A DNA stretch of 64,000 nt, taken from positions 24,281 through 88,280 of IMG/VR virus record IMGVR_UViG_3300040786_000030; one strand, given 5' to 3'. Shown here in pieces: positions 11,675-23,535 of the stretch. The position numbers and the translations under genes are program-made. The notes below the pieces were generated by a model. The model saw only the letters and a list, made by a program, of their open reading frames with translations, did no database searches and was not told the DNA's origin. The first letter of the stretch is position 1. Every line of letters starts with the position of its first letter. This stretch comes from a virus.

Positions 11675-12627
11675 CTATAAACCATGTTGTTTTAACACTT
11701 CGTATAAATCTTTAAACCTTTTCATAGATAGTCGAATATCTTTAGTTGACAAGTTGGTATAATTTCTCATTGTTTCTAAAACCGAATTTTTATTATATTT
11801 AGAACCACCTTCCATAGATTGAAAAGCCCTTTCCCAATTTTCTAAAATTTCAACCAATGCATAACCAACTTTTTTCTCATTCTCATTTAACCTCTTTTTT
11901 GTTGGTAAATTAACATCTTCTAACTCTGTTTTAATACCATCAGATATTTTTTTAATAAATGCATCCATAGAAACTCGTCATCATCAATATAATATATTAA
12001 ATCATCACGTTCTTCAATGTATGAAGAAATATCTTCATACGATGAATTTTGTTTCATATATTTTCGTCTTTAATTAAAAGACCTAGTATATAATTTTTAC
12101 ATATTGTTCCAAAATAAGAATACGCTTTTTTATTTAAAGTAGGTTTAAATTTATGTACTTTAGTCATTAAAAATGATACAGTATCACCATGAAGTTCTTC
12201 GAATGTCTCACCTTTTCTATATAACTTATAACGTCTAATAATCGCCTCTATCATTTTATCTAACGGGGCTTTTAACCATTCGTTAAAATGGTGTTTCTCA
12301 ATATATCGTCACTTATGATAACATTAGCGCCTACGATATCTTCCACTGACATTATATCTAAAGACGTATCAGTTAAGTTTGATGTTAAAATATCAATATC
12401 AATTGTTATAAATTTACTATCGGTACCATACCAGTTTTCATTTGGTATGGTATAACTACCACTAACAACAACGTCTTTACCTAATTTATGGGTAATCGTT
12501 ATATGTTTATTAGCAATTAAATCGACAGTCTCTACATATCTAGAACTTAAAAATTTTATTACAGCTTCTTCCTCGTTTGGACCAAAGTACATTTCATTTG
12601 TTCTTTTCGTCCTCGTTTATTAACCAT
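11675..12627 (-). CDS. Late-transcription sigma factor (T4 gp55-like) with an N-terminal insertion, indel-split
   Basis: ELHGDTVSFLMTKVHKFKPTLNKKAYSYFGTICKNY aligns by eye with the sigma region 2 pattern of gp55 (F-D/K-P-x-K-x-x-A-x-x-Y-F). The N-terminus reads YFGPNEEEAV. Confidence 0.7.
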
Positions 12628-13415
12628 TTATACATTTTGAGCTTCATATGTTATTTTTCTATCATTAGAAGTAATATTCTTTTTAGCAACACTTAACCAC
12701 CATTTAGCCTCAATCGGGTCCATATTAGTTCTATAATTTGCGAATAGTGATTCTTCTCTTTGGTTTACGTGTTTATACCCAAATCTAGGGATTACCATAA
12801 CTTTAACATCTTTGAATGTCATACGTAATAGAATTCATAAATAAATGTCAATTTAATACTAGGTTTAAACCCACCATTTTCCTCATAAACTGATTTTCTA
12901 ATTACCATACCATCGGTGTTGAAATTTTGATATGTTAATAAAGCATTATTGTCTAAGATACCTAATTCATCTGAAAACTAGCAGCCCATACAGCTTCATT
13001 TGTAAAACCAACAAATTGGTTTTGATTATCAACATCAACAATGATTGGCATGAAGATATCAATATTCTCATGTGCTTTTGATAGGTGATAACGTTTTTAA
13101 TCAAATATTTGCAAGCTCATCATCAAATTCTAATACACTAACCCATTCTGTTTTCGCAACACTAACACCGTAATTAACTTGCGATGCAAAATCGGTTAAA
13201 CCTGGATTAGAAGCAACAGTAACAGTGTAATCACCATAATCAAAACCTAACACGTATTTTTCTACTTCACTATCTTTAGGTACCACAATAATTAAATTAT
13301 CTGGTCTAGTATTCTGAGTTTTAACACTTTCTACTGCGTTAAAAAAATAATTTTTTGTCTCATCGTTCAATTCGTGAACAGGAAGTATAACACTAATATT
13401 ATTTAATTCTTTCAT
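12628..13415 (-). CDS. Glycosyltransferase, GT2/GT-A fold, indel-split
   Basis: ISVILPVH, AVESVKTQ, NYGVSVAKTEWVSVLEFDD (DxD-type). Confidence 0.8.
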
Positions 13416-13433
13416 ATTTTTTTTATTTATTTG

Positions 13434-13834
13434 TTAATTTCTAAATTTTTATTAAAGTTTACAAAATCAGAAATTTCTTCTAGATTTTAAACCATTTACC
13501 ACCATTTTCTTTAACCATATTACCAACCATATCTAAAGATTTTATTTGATGTTTGTTAAATTCTTTACCATCATCATCTAGTAGATACGTGAAAATTGTT
13601 TTTCTGGTCGTTTATTCGAATCGTCAATTAGTTCAGCTATTGAGTAAACACCTTCCATTTTGGTGTGATTACATATAATACATAATCACAGTTTTACGTT
13701 GTTTTATTTCTTCTTTCTGTGCATTATCATCCCAGTCACTAACAACTGGATTAAAATACTCTATTTTAATTTTTTTATTAAAATATCTCGCCAATCAGAT
13801 TTATTAGTAGTTCCACCTAAGAATATTTTTTCAT
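13434..13834 (-). CDS. Nucleoside 2-deoxyribosyltransferase-like protein
   Basis: Reconstructed MKKIFLGGT...SDWRD...IEYFNPVVSDW...CDYVLYVITPKMEGVYSIAEL, typical of the Nuc_deoxyri_tr2-like family. It is TAATG-coupled to the upstream GT. Confidence 0.7.
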
Positions 13835-14985
13835 TAAATCTCAATAGTTTTAACTTCGGTAGTTGCAAGTTCATCACTAGTTAATTTTAACATGTGTTCA
13901 AATTCAGCGATTCTATTACCTACTAACGCACCATAGACAGTATTTAAAGTTTCTTTTGTTTTTCCGATGTATATTGACCTTTACTTTCACCCATTTGTTT
14001 TAATAGTTCAGCTGGTACAGCATCTTCTAACCATACTTTTAAATATGTTGCGATTAATTCTGGGATATTAAGTGTTGTGTTTGTCCAAATACCATTATTT
14101 TAATAGCTGTTTGTCCTTCTTCATTAACAGTTTCCATCCATTCTGGAATTAAGTTAGGAATTTTACCAATAATTGAGTATCACACTCTAACGCTTCAATT
14201 GGAAAAGTTCCAAAACCTGAAACATCATCAACCCATACAGCCAAACAAGATTTACTTAACTCAGTTGCGAAATCAGGTCTAGATAACCCTCTTAATTCTT
14301 TAAATGTAACCCATTTATAAGCTGGATATTGTAAATAAAATGATTTAGCAATTTTAGCTGCATCACCTTGTGTTCTAGTGTGTACCGCAACAATTGGTAA
14401 TTTAGGTTTATCACTAGACTTAAAATAATCTGGTATCGATACAGGCACTAAATGTACATTTATAGATGGGAAAAGATTATGAATATATTGAGCTTGTTTA
14501 GCACTAGTCGTTATCACATCATTGAATCCGTAATCAACATTCCATCTTTTACCAACTGGTAATAATTCTAATAAATAATCATAACTTTGAGATAGAACAA
14601 TTTTTCTACATGGAAAACTTTAACTTGGTCCATAATGTTTGAAAAAATTTCTGGTATAATGATAAAATCAGCTGGTCCAACATTTAACCCTTCACCCTCA
14701 ATTGAAGCGTGTGGTAAATTAGCGTATTCTTCGCCTAACCATTCATTGATACCATTAGCATTTTCATCACCAATACGTTGATAATCATTTTTCATGTAAG
14801 ATAGTTGCATTGTAACCTAACTCATTAAGTAACTTTACATGCTCATAAATATTTGCAATACCAGCAGTAGGGTTACCCTTAGTATCTAAAGTAAAAAATA
14901 CATTTTAAATTCTTTATTATTTAAAACAGCTAAAGTATTTTCAATTTGTTTTTTTGTTCTTCCATTTGTTTTTTTGTTCTTCCAT
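13834..14985 (-). CDS. Glycosyltransferase, GT-B (GT4-like), indel-split
   Basis: GNPTAGIANIYEHVKLLNELGY, IIIPEI, VWVDDVSGFGTFPIEALEC (E-x7-E-like signature). Confidence 0.75.
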
Positions 14986-15032
14986 TTTTTATTTATTAAT
15001 TTTATTAACTCTTATATAAGTTTGTATTTTTA

Positions 15033-15380
15033 TTATTTTCCTTTTATTATTCCATACTCATAAAGTGTATTGAAAGCTATTTTAAATGATAATGAAGATT
15101 TTTCTAACCCCATTTCCGCACCTAATGTTTCATCAATTTCTTCTGTAACATCTAATACAACATCTAACATTGTTCTAAGTATATCGTATTTTGCCGCATT
15201 AACCTCTCTAATTCTTTCTGTCATAATCTCATTAACCTCTATACTAATTATATTGGTATTTTCATCTAGATATGTTTTTTTGTGTATTTCAACTACTTTA
15301 GTTTCATCTAATTTTGCACTAATAATATTTTCTAACACGTCAATATCTATACTATATATTATACCACCAAATTCTATCAT
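15033..15380 (-). CDS. Hypothetical protein
   Basis: Intact 115-aa ORF inside the operon. Confidence 0.6.
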   Translation of the reverse strand: MIEFGGIIYSIDIDVLENIISAKLDETKVVEIHKKTYLDENTNIISIEVNEIMTERIREVNAAKYDILRTMLDVVLDVTEEIDETLGAEMGLEKSSLSFKIAFNTLYEYGIIKGK

Positions 15381-15384
15381 ATTT

Positions 15385-15983
15385 TTAAATTTCTTCGTAA
15401 CTTGTTATTTTTGTATTTAATATTTTGTTTCTAAATTCTTCATTTTTCATAAATTCTAAAAGTGAATCTATTTCATAGTCAGCTGAAACATTTTTATTGT
15501 AAGATGCGTTAACTTTAATACTTATTTTACCTTCAGGTTTTGACTCTAAAGCTTTAGGATTGGCAGTTATTAAGACATCTATACCATCCCATTTTTTAGC
15601 GTAATCTGTAACAAATCTAATATTTTCAATTTTACACCCAGTTTTGGATAGAAAGAAGAAAGTTGAGGGATTGCTTTTCAACCTCTCGACTAACTAACTC
15701 TATTTGGTGTTCTTCTTCATCTTTAATTTCACCTAAAATATATTAAAATGGTTAATTAAACCATCTGATAATTGGTCAGCATGTCCGAAAATTTCTAATG
15801 ATGCTTCAGTATAAAGAAACATATTAAGCTTATCAATATTTTCAAATTTAAAAATTCTAATAAATTAAAATTTGTAACATCACCCTCTTTGATATTACTA
15901 TCAGCGATATATTTATCGTAAGTGTACGTTATTTGACCAATGTAGTCCCTTAAAACCTCGTTAATGCTAATTCCTATCTTCAT
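15385..15983 (-). CDS. 5'(3')-deoxyribonucleotidase-like HAD-fold protein with degenerate motif I, indel-split
   Basis: MKIGISINEVLRD (the canonical motif is xDxDGVLxD), STFFFLSK, DVLITANP and KVNASYN resemble the NT5C family. Confidence 0.55.
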
Positions 15984-16092
15984 ATAACCAATTTAATGGT
16001 TATATGAGTATAAGTAAAGAAAAGAAATGATTTTTTTAAAAATAGATAAAAATTTGTCTTTAAAGGTTTTTCTTCTATAATAATGGGTGTGA

Positions 16093-16891
16093 TTATTTTT
16101 TATCTTTTACAACTATAGGTGTTGCATCTAATCTTGGGTAATTAGCGATAATTTTTTTAATTATTGGGTTTCTAACAATATCAGCATCGCTAAACACAAC
16201 AAATCCAATATCTGTAATGTTTTTATGTCTAGTCATAGCATCATATAAACCACTTTTAGTGTAATCTCTATATTTATCTGATTGGTCTAAATCACCAGAA
16301 ATGATAAATTTACTATGTTCACCAATACGTGTTAAGAGTGTTTTCATTTGGGCTGGACTCATATTTTGAGCTTCTTCCATTATTAATATTGTATTATCAA
16401 TTGATTTACCCCTAATGTAGGCCAATGCTTGTACTTCTAACACCCCAATTTCCTCTAGTTTAAGTCTATTTGTTTTACCGATAAGTTTATCGAATATATC
16501 TAACGACGACGATAGATAAGGGTCCATTTTCTCACGCATATCACCAGGTAGGAAACCTAATTTTCATCTGCTTCAACTATCGGTGTTGATATGATAATTT
16601 TATTAAATTTATTATCATCACTTCTAAGTAATTCAATAGCCCTAGCTATTGACACGTATGATTTACCAACACCAGCGGCACCAGCAGATATAATAATCTC
16701 TTTACCATTAATAGCGATGATTAAATCTTTTGTGTTTTAGTTTTGCATTTAAAATCATGCATAGCTAACATATTTTTTTAAATCTACAACACCTTTAGGT
16801 TTTGACACTTGAAGATTGTTGTCATTCTTTTATCTTTAGTCGTTTTCGTAGTACCAGTTTTAGATACAGAATTTGTAGCTTTTTTTATCAT
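16093..16891 (-). CDS. phoH: PhoH-like protein, indel-split
   Basis: GAAGVGKSY (Walker A), LGFLPGDMREKMDPY, YIRGKSIDNTILIMEEAQN, LTRIG, GDLDQSD. Confidence 0.92.
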
Positions 16892-16892
16892 A

Positions 16893-17881
16893 TTATTTAA
16901 TTCGTTTACTAATTATTTCATCCCAACTATCAACCATGTCATCCATTAAAGTTTCAAACGTATATTCTGGTTTCCAACCCAATGTTTCTCTAATCTTTGT
17001 TGAGTCACCTTTAAGGTATTTTAATTCTTCTGGTCGCATAAACTTAGGATTTTGTGTAACATAATCCCTATAATCCATACCTAATCTTTTAAACACATAA
17101 TCAACCATTTCTCTAACTGAATGTGTAGTCATTGTAGATACTACAAAATCTTCAGGTTCAGTGTGGTTTATCATTAAATGCATAGCTTTAACATAGTCTT
17201 TTGAATGACCCCAATCTCTATAAGAGTCCATATTACCTAATTCTAATTTATCAGTAATACCATATTTAATTTCAACAGCTGTTTTAACCACTTTATTTGT
17301 TACAAAATTAGATGCACGTCTTGGTGATTCATGATTAAATAATATACCATTACACGCATGTAATTTATAGGCGTTTCTATAATGTCTAACAATATTATAT
17401 CCAAATACTTTAGAACAACCATAAGGGCTTACTGGTGACATAGCTGTACTTTCTCTTTGAAAACCATCTTCATCAACAGAGTTTCCAAACATTTCAGACG
17501 AACTAGCTTGATAAAATTTAGCAGTAGGGCAAGAACGTCTATAAGCTTCTAATATGTTCAACACACCAATTGCGTTAGTTTGAACGGTAAATTGTGGAAC
17601 ATCAAAACTAATCCTAACATGACTTTGCGCTGCTAAGTTATAAATTTCATCTGGTTGAATATCATCCAATAATCTCTCTAAACAACCTTGGTCTAATAAG
17701 TCACCATAGTATATATTTAGATTATCTCTGGTTTCATCACCTAATCTACTTTGTTGGTTTTCAGAAACTGAGTTTCTTCTTACTATACCATGTACTTCGT
17801 AACCTAATGATATTAAATATTCTGCCAAGTATGACCCATCTTGACCATTGATACCTGTAATAAATGCTTTTTTCTTTTCAT
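16893..17881 (-). CDS. gmd: GDP-mannose 4,6-dehydratase
   Basis: AFITGINGQDGSYLAEYL, YNLAAQSHVRISF, YQASSSEMFG, PVSPYGCSK, GILFNHESPRR, RDWGHSKDYV. Confidence 0.97.
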
Positions 17882-17924
17882 ATTTTAATTTACTAATTAA
17901 TTTTAGAAAAGTAAATTCTTTCCA

Positions 17925-18626
17925 TTATTTTTCTACATCAACATACGTTTTACTATTACCAGTATCTGGATTAATGTCTGGAACTGTATCGATTATTATA
18001 ATACCTCTAGCCGCATCTTCTGGTGTCATATACATATGGTAACCAAGCATTTGGACATGGTTTTCATCGGTATATGGGAGATTTAAGTCTCTACCATCGT
18101 AAGATGCCATTTTAAGCCATTTATACGCCTCAAAATCATCAGTTAATATAATACCACCCTTCCAATCGGTATCCTTTTTTTTATTTGAAATGAAACTACT
18201 TGTAAAGCGTCAAGACCAACATACATATCTTTGGTCCATCTAACAGCACCATCCCAAACTCTAGAACCTTTTAATTGATAGACACCTGACCATTCTAAGT
18301 CTTCAAAGGTTACTTTATTACCAGCGTTTATAATTTGCATAGGTGCTGACACATAAGTCATTTTAGGTATTTCAAGTTCAACACTTGTATTTAATTCGCC
18401 AATATGTTGCAAATATTTTAAAGATAAAAATAAACCATGTGAACAACAATCGATACTTACAGCATATTTACTACCAGCAAATTTAGCGACTTTTCTTCAA
18501 ACATATTTATAACATCTCTTGGGTCTGACCAATTATACCCTAATTCTTTTAATCTATCTAATTCTGGTCGTTGTAACTCTTAGGTACTTGTCCTAGTGGC
18601 CAACTTGTGTATTTTACTTCTTTCAT
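17925..18626 (-). CDS. DegT/DnrJ/EryC1/StrS-family PLP-dependent sugar aminotransferase (short form), indel-split
   Basis: KYAVSIDCCSHGLFL, PKMTYVSAP, VSFQIKKRIPIGKGG (SFxxxK Schiff-base Lys), GYHMYMT. Confidence 0.8.
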
Positions 18627-19425
18627 TTTATATAATTTTCAAATATGTAATCTTCAGCAACTGGCATATTGATAACCCTGTTGTAATTATCATTTATTGC
18701 GTCAATTTTATTATAATATAATTCAGGTGTTAAGTCATTGATATTAAAATTTTCATTCAACATTATAATACCATCCATATTAAAAACATCACCAATCATA
18801 TCAGTACCATAATAAATTGGTATGGTCCCTGTGGCAAAACAATCGCTTATTTTTTCACTATACGCTAGTGGGTATGTATGATTTTCCATAGTTATTGAAA
18901 ATGGTAATCTTTAAGCCCTATTTCTTTATTCTTAATTTCATTGTAACCACGACCAAAAAAGGTCAATTTTATCACGATATTTATCTATAATTGTTTGTCT
19001 ATATAAGTGTTCTTGACACATAATTTTATTTGATGCAATCATAGATATTAATTTACTCTTAGTGTGAACACCAATATCTGTAACCCAAGGTTTTGCACTA
19101 CAAGTAACTAACTTAAATTTAGGTGATAATTTTAATAATTCAGTATCGTGAGTAAATAGTAACCTATAGTTATCCTCTAAATATTTTACATTAAATACAC
19201 ACCATTGGTATAATGATAAGTTTATAGTTTTGATTCAGATAACCAAGCATAATTTATCTTTGATTTATCTGGAATAATTTCCATAACTCCATAATCAATA
19301 TGTATAGATATATCAGCAGAATTAGAGCCTTTAATCCACTCAATTTCTTTTGGGATACTTCCAGATGATGAACATACATCATGTTGAAATCCACCACCTA
19401 CCATATTTATTTTTACTTTACTCAT
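18623..19425 (-). CDS. GT10-family (alpha-1,3/4-fucosyltransferase-like) glycosyltransferase, indel-split
   Basis: Reconstructed KDYHFSITMENHTYPLAYSEKISDCFATGTIPIYYG matches the GT10 motif. Confidence 0.8.
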
Positions 19426-19943
19426 TCTGGTTTAATAATATTACCATATTTAATTATATTTTCTTTCTCACGATATTTTACAAATACAGCTGGAGTTCCA
19501 ACATATACACCCCAAGGTTCAGTGTCTTTAGTTACAACTGAATTAACACCAATTGTAGACCCTTCACCTATCGTAACCCCAGGCATAATAACACAATTAA
19601 CCCCAATACAAGCATACTTACCAATCGTTACCGTGGTAAATTTTGTTTCTTTATATTCTAAAGGTATTTGTGGGTTTGTCATCCCTTAGTAAAATCATCA
19701 CTACCACAAATAATTTTTGAACCAGCAGCTACACCACTAAAATCACCCATAACTAATTTTGAATTAACCCCACCTATTATACAAACGTATGGTGCTATAT
19801 GTACATAATCACCAATAATTGCTTCAGTAGCTAAATATACTCCAACATCTATAGCTACATGGTCACCAACCTCAACTAAATGTGGTTGTTTAATTTGTGC
19901 ATTATCCGCAACAAATAAATCTATACCTTCTTTTAAATACCAT
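19422..19943 (-). CDS. Hexapeptide-repeat (LbH) sugar acyltransferase, indel-split
   Basis: VEVGDHVAID, IIGDYVHIAPY, VTIGKYACIGVNCVIMPGVTIGEGSTIGVNSVV, WGVYVGTPA. Confidence 0.88.
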
Positions 19944-19944
19944 A

Positions 19945-20595
19945 TTATAATAATCCTCCGCTAATATTTATATTTTGACCTGTTATGTATTCTGTTTCAA
20001 TTAAAAATCAATTGTTTTATATAGTTCAACTATATCACCAAACGTTTTAACCCTATTGATTCTTTTATTGTTTCTGCAAATTTAATTGGTAATTTGTTTG
20101 TCATACCACCATCGAAATAACCTAACTGTAAACTGTTACAAGTAATATTTTTAGATATGTTTTCAGCGCTAACCATTTTCGTTATACTATCAGTAAATGT
20201 TTTACTTGCACTATATAAACCAGTACCTAAAGTTACCTTTTCAGCTAAGACAGATGAAATTAGTATTATTCTACCATATTTTTGCTCTCTCATTTTTATC
20301 AATGCATTAGTAACAACATTAATACAACCCTTGATATTAACATCAATTATTTTATCAATTTCAGATATGCTATTTTCATCTAATTTATGTATAAATGAGT
20401 TAAAATTATATCCAGATAAATTAATAACAATATCAATATCGTTAGACTCAAAAAAATATTTAACATCATTAAAATTAGTAATATTAACCATTTTGAGGAT
20501 GGACTAACAACATTATATTTATCTTTTAATAATGGTATTAATTTTTCACCTAAACCACCACGCCCACCGAATAACCCTATTGTTTTCTTTTCCAT
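19945..20595 (-). CDS. Short-chain dehydrogenase/reductase, indel-split
   Basis: GGRGGLGEKL Rossmann motif, INLSG, DVNIKG, GRIILISS, YSASK (YxxxK), GYFDGGMT. Confidence 0.88.
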
Positions 20596-20597
20596 GC

Positions 20598-21015
20598 TTA
20601 ATCTTTATTTAAAAATACCTTATCTAATTTTGACCCTCATAAGGTCCAGTTTTATACTCATAAACAATAGTATCATCTTCTAAAATTTGATATGTATGTC
20701 CACCATATAAAGTGAAACTAGCATCACCAGCTTTTAATATTGGTGTTGCTATTATACTATCATCAATATCGTAGAAAATACATTTAACACTACCCTTAAT
20801 TACAACCCAAGACTCTTGAGCTATTTGTGCTGGGTAAGTTCGTTCTTTAGTAATGTGTTTATGAGGTGGAAAAGTTTACCCTTTTCCATTTTTTAACGTT
20901 GCACATTGAATAAAGTTATCTTCTGGTACCATTTCGGTTCTACCATTTATTTCATCTAGTCTATTAATTATGTGTAATAGTTTTCCTTCTTCAATTTTAG
21001 AATATATTTTTTCAT
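20598..21015 (-). CDS. Cupin-fold protein (sugar isomerase-like)
   Basis: Reconstructed FPPHKH...ESWVVIKGSV...LKAGDASF...GGHTY...EYKTGPY, a two-motif cupin. Confidence 0.7.
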
Positions 21016-21018
21016 AGT

Positions 21019-21812
21019 TTATAATTTAATCCAATTGTCTGGTAACACATCAACTGCGTTAAAAGTTATTGATGGTCCGAACCATATTTTAGGTCCAACC
21101 ACTATTTTATTTTCATTTTGGTTCATTATTGCAGCCCATAATGAAACGATGAATTAGCAATAATATTATTATCACACATACCCATCAAGTATATCTCAAT
21201 ATAATCTTTTCACTATCTATGTAAATAGGGTTTATAAAATTAAAATTATCTTTACACCACTCTATATCATCACTAAAAATTATAAATTTATCAGTGTCTT
21301 TTTTAATATTTCGATAGCCTCATTATAATAATCCATTGATAACATCGGATGATGATTTGGTAGTTTAGCATAATCACCACGTCTAATGTGTATAGAAGTA
21401 GTTCTCTCCTTTAAAATTTCACCATATTTTTTTAGTTATATGGGTTTGGATTGATTTTGGTATTTTAAGGAATTCATTGATTTGTAACTTATTATGACCA
21501 AAATATTTCTCATTGAAAAACCCATCAATATAAAATTCATCATTTGGTGTTTCTGAAACTTGATACTCAAAGGGTAACGTATTACTGGTAATTGTTGTGT
21601 CGGTTGTGTGTATCTTAATCTAGAAAACATTTCTTGATATTCAAAACTATGTTTTAATCTTGGGTTATAATAATCGTCCGAATCCATAAGATTATATTGA
21701 TAAATCAAATTAGGAAACTACAACCAACACCTAAGTCAATCGCCATGGATTTTGTTGTTGCTATCTGGAAAAGCATATTAGCTAATCCACCTTTTAAATT
21801 ACAATATATCAT
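21019..21812 (-). CDS. GT11-family (alpha-1,2-fucosyltransferase-like) glycosyltransferase, indel-split
   Basis: Reconstructed GGLANMLFQIA, SIHIRRGDY, YYNEA, IIFSDDIEWCK, NIIANSSFSLWAA: all canonical GT11 motifs. Confidence 0.9.
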
Positions 21813-22584
21813 TACTTAATTTGCTATACCTATTACCGTTATTTTTTATATAGTTACCATATATCATCGCATTATCAATACTTTTATTATGTTCATTTGT
21901 AGGTAACTCATTATTATATACATAAAGAACCTCATTAAGAAAATATGATTTTCATTACCACACATTTCAATAAATGGAATAAAAAGCCGCATCACCAGCA
22001 TATGTGTAATATGAACCATCAACAAATGGGTCCATCATATCCGTTTTATTTAATTTTTTATATAAAAATGCTTTAGAAGTTCTAAAATGAGTTACTGACC
22101 AATAATTTCTGTTATTATATATAACATCATCTGATGGTAATGACCTAGATTGTCCAATATTACCATTGGTGTTTCTATGTTGTGACCAAACTAACCATTT
22201 ATTTTCCGTATCATATACATATGATATTCTATTCACAGCTTTACTATTTGATAGTCTATCGTCTCCATCTACAACTGCAATGATTGAGTTATCATCTGAG
22301 GTATAGTTAATGACACTATCATACGTATTACCAATTGGGTAAAATTTTGTGGTATTTCGAATATAGATAATGTCCTTACCATTAAATTCAATTTTCCAAA
22401 AATCACCACTCATACCAAAAAAAATCGTTAATTATGGTATTAGTACCATCAGTTGATATGTCATCCCTGATTATCACACTAAATCATCAAAATCTTGACT
22501 AATTATAGATGACAGACATTCTACAATTAAATCTTTTGCATTATATACTGGTACTATTATTATAAATTTATTATCTAATTTCAT
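21809..22584 (-). CDS. Glycosyltransferase, GT2/GT-A fold, indel-split
   Basis: IIIVPVYNAKDLIVECLSSI, RDDISTDG, IAVVDGDDRL. Confidence 0.85.
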
Positions 22585-23535
22585 TTCTTTTCTTTAGTTC
22601 TATATCTTTCTTCTAAATCAAGTTGTCTATGTTTAGCTAAAATATCTAAACCATTAATAATTGGCGTTGCGATAAATTTAATCACATAATACCATTAAAT
22701 TCGACTATTTTATCAAAAGATTTTATGTTATATTGGTATTGGTGATTATCATAAGCACCAATTGTTTTATCAGTTATAAAATGTACTTCGTCAATCTCTA
22801 AAATTGATGAACCATTTTTTAGACGTAATTGCTTTTTTAACTTCACTTAAAAATAACCTACTAGTTCTATTATACATGTCTGGATAGACACTAACATAAA
22901 ATTCTAATAGTTTTCAGTGTCATTAATAGTCCTAACATTAAGTTTAGTGGTATAATTCTCTAAATTAAATTGTCTACTTAAATTACTAATAATTAATATT
23001 GGTCTTTCAGTTTTACTACTGGCAAAATATTCTTCACCATTAATCGTACCATGTGTCTTACTAATTGGTTTACCATAATCATCATAATTTATAATGGCAG
23101 TATTAGTTAAACTAATATACTCATTATCCATAGCCTCATTAGCACCAATAGTTATTTCATCATTATTAACAACTAATTCTAATTTGTAATCATCATAAGA
23201 ATCAACTTTAATACCTTTTAACCCTATTTTCTTATCAATTTTAGTAGTAAGTGTAATAGGGTACCATCAGCTTCATAACCAGTTATTTCAGCGGTAAACG
23301 ATTCACTGGCTTGCATAATTTTATATGTTCGCCATCTAAGGTCCATAACTTCTTGTGTTACCTCACCATTAACTAGCGAATCTAAAACTTGACCTTGAGT
23401 TAATCGTTGTGATTGTGTGATATTAGTGGACATAAGTTCACCTGTTTGAGATAAGGCATTTTTTCAACATTAGCAAATGCCATAGAAGCCGTTCCTGTTT
23501 TTTTTACCAATCAAGGATTTTTTAACCGCACTCAT
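22581..23535 (-). CDS. Conserved hypothetical protein of about 315 aa, indel-split
   Basis: Pieces 23224-23433 and 22904-23131 join; coupled at both ends to GT genes (TAATG and ATGA). Confidence 0.55.

Noticed and set aside
12311-12541. Intein or self-splicing intron in the sigma factor (and in polB)
   Set aside because: The insert lacks a C-terminal His-Asn and any homing endonuclease motif. The polB motif A-B-C spacing is ordinary, with no intein-sized insert.
14946-14985. Exact 20-bp tandem duplication of the GT start (ttgtttttttgttcttccat x2) as a phase-variation switch
   Set aside because: Each copy contains an A7 run where a single lost base would make it an in-frame 21-bp MEEQKKQ duplication. 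It cannot be distinguished from sequencing error without reads.
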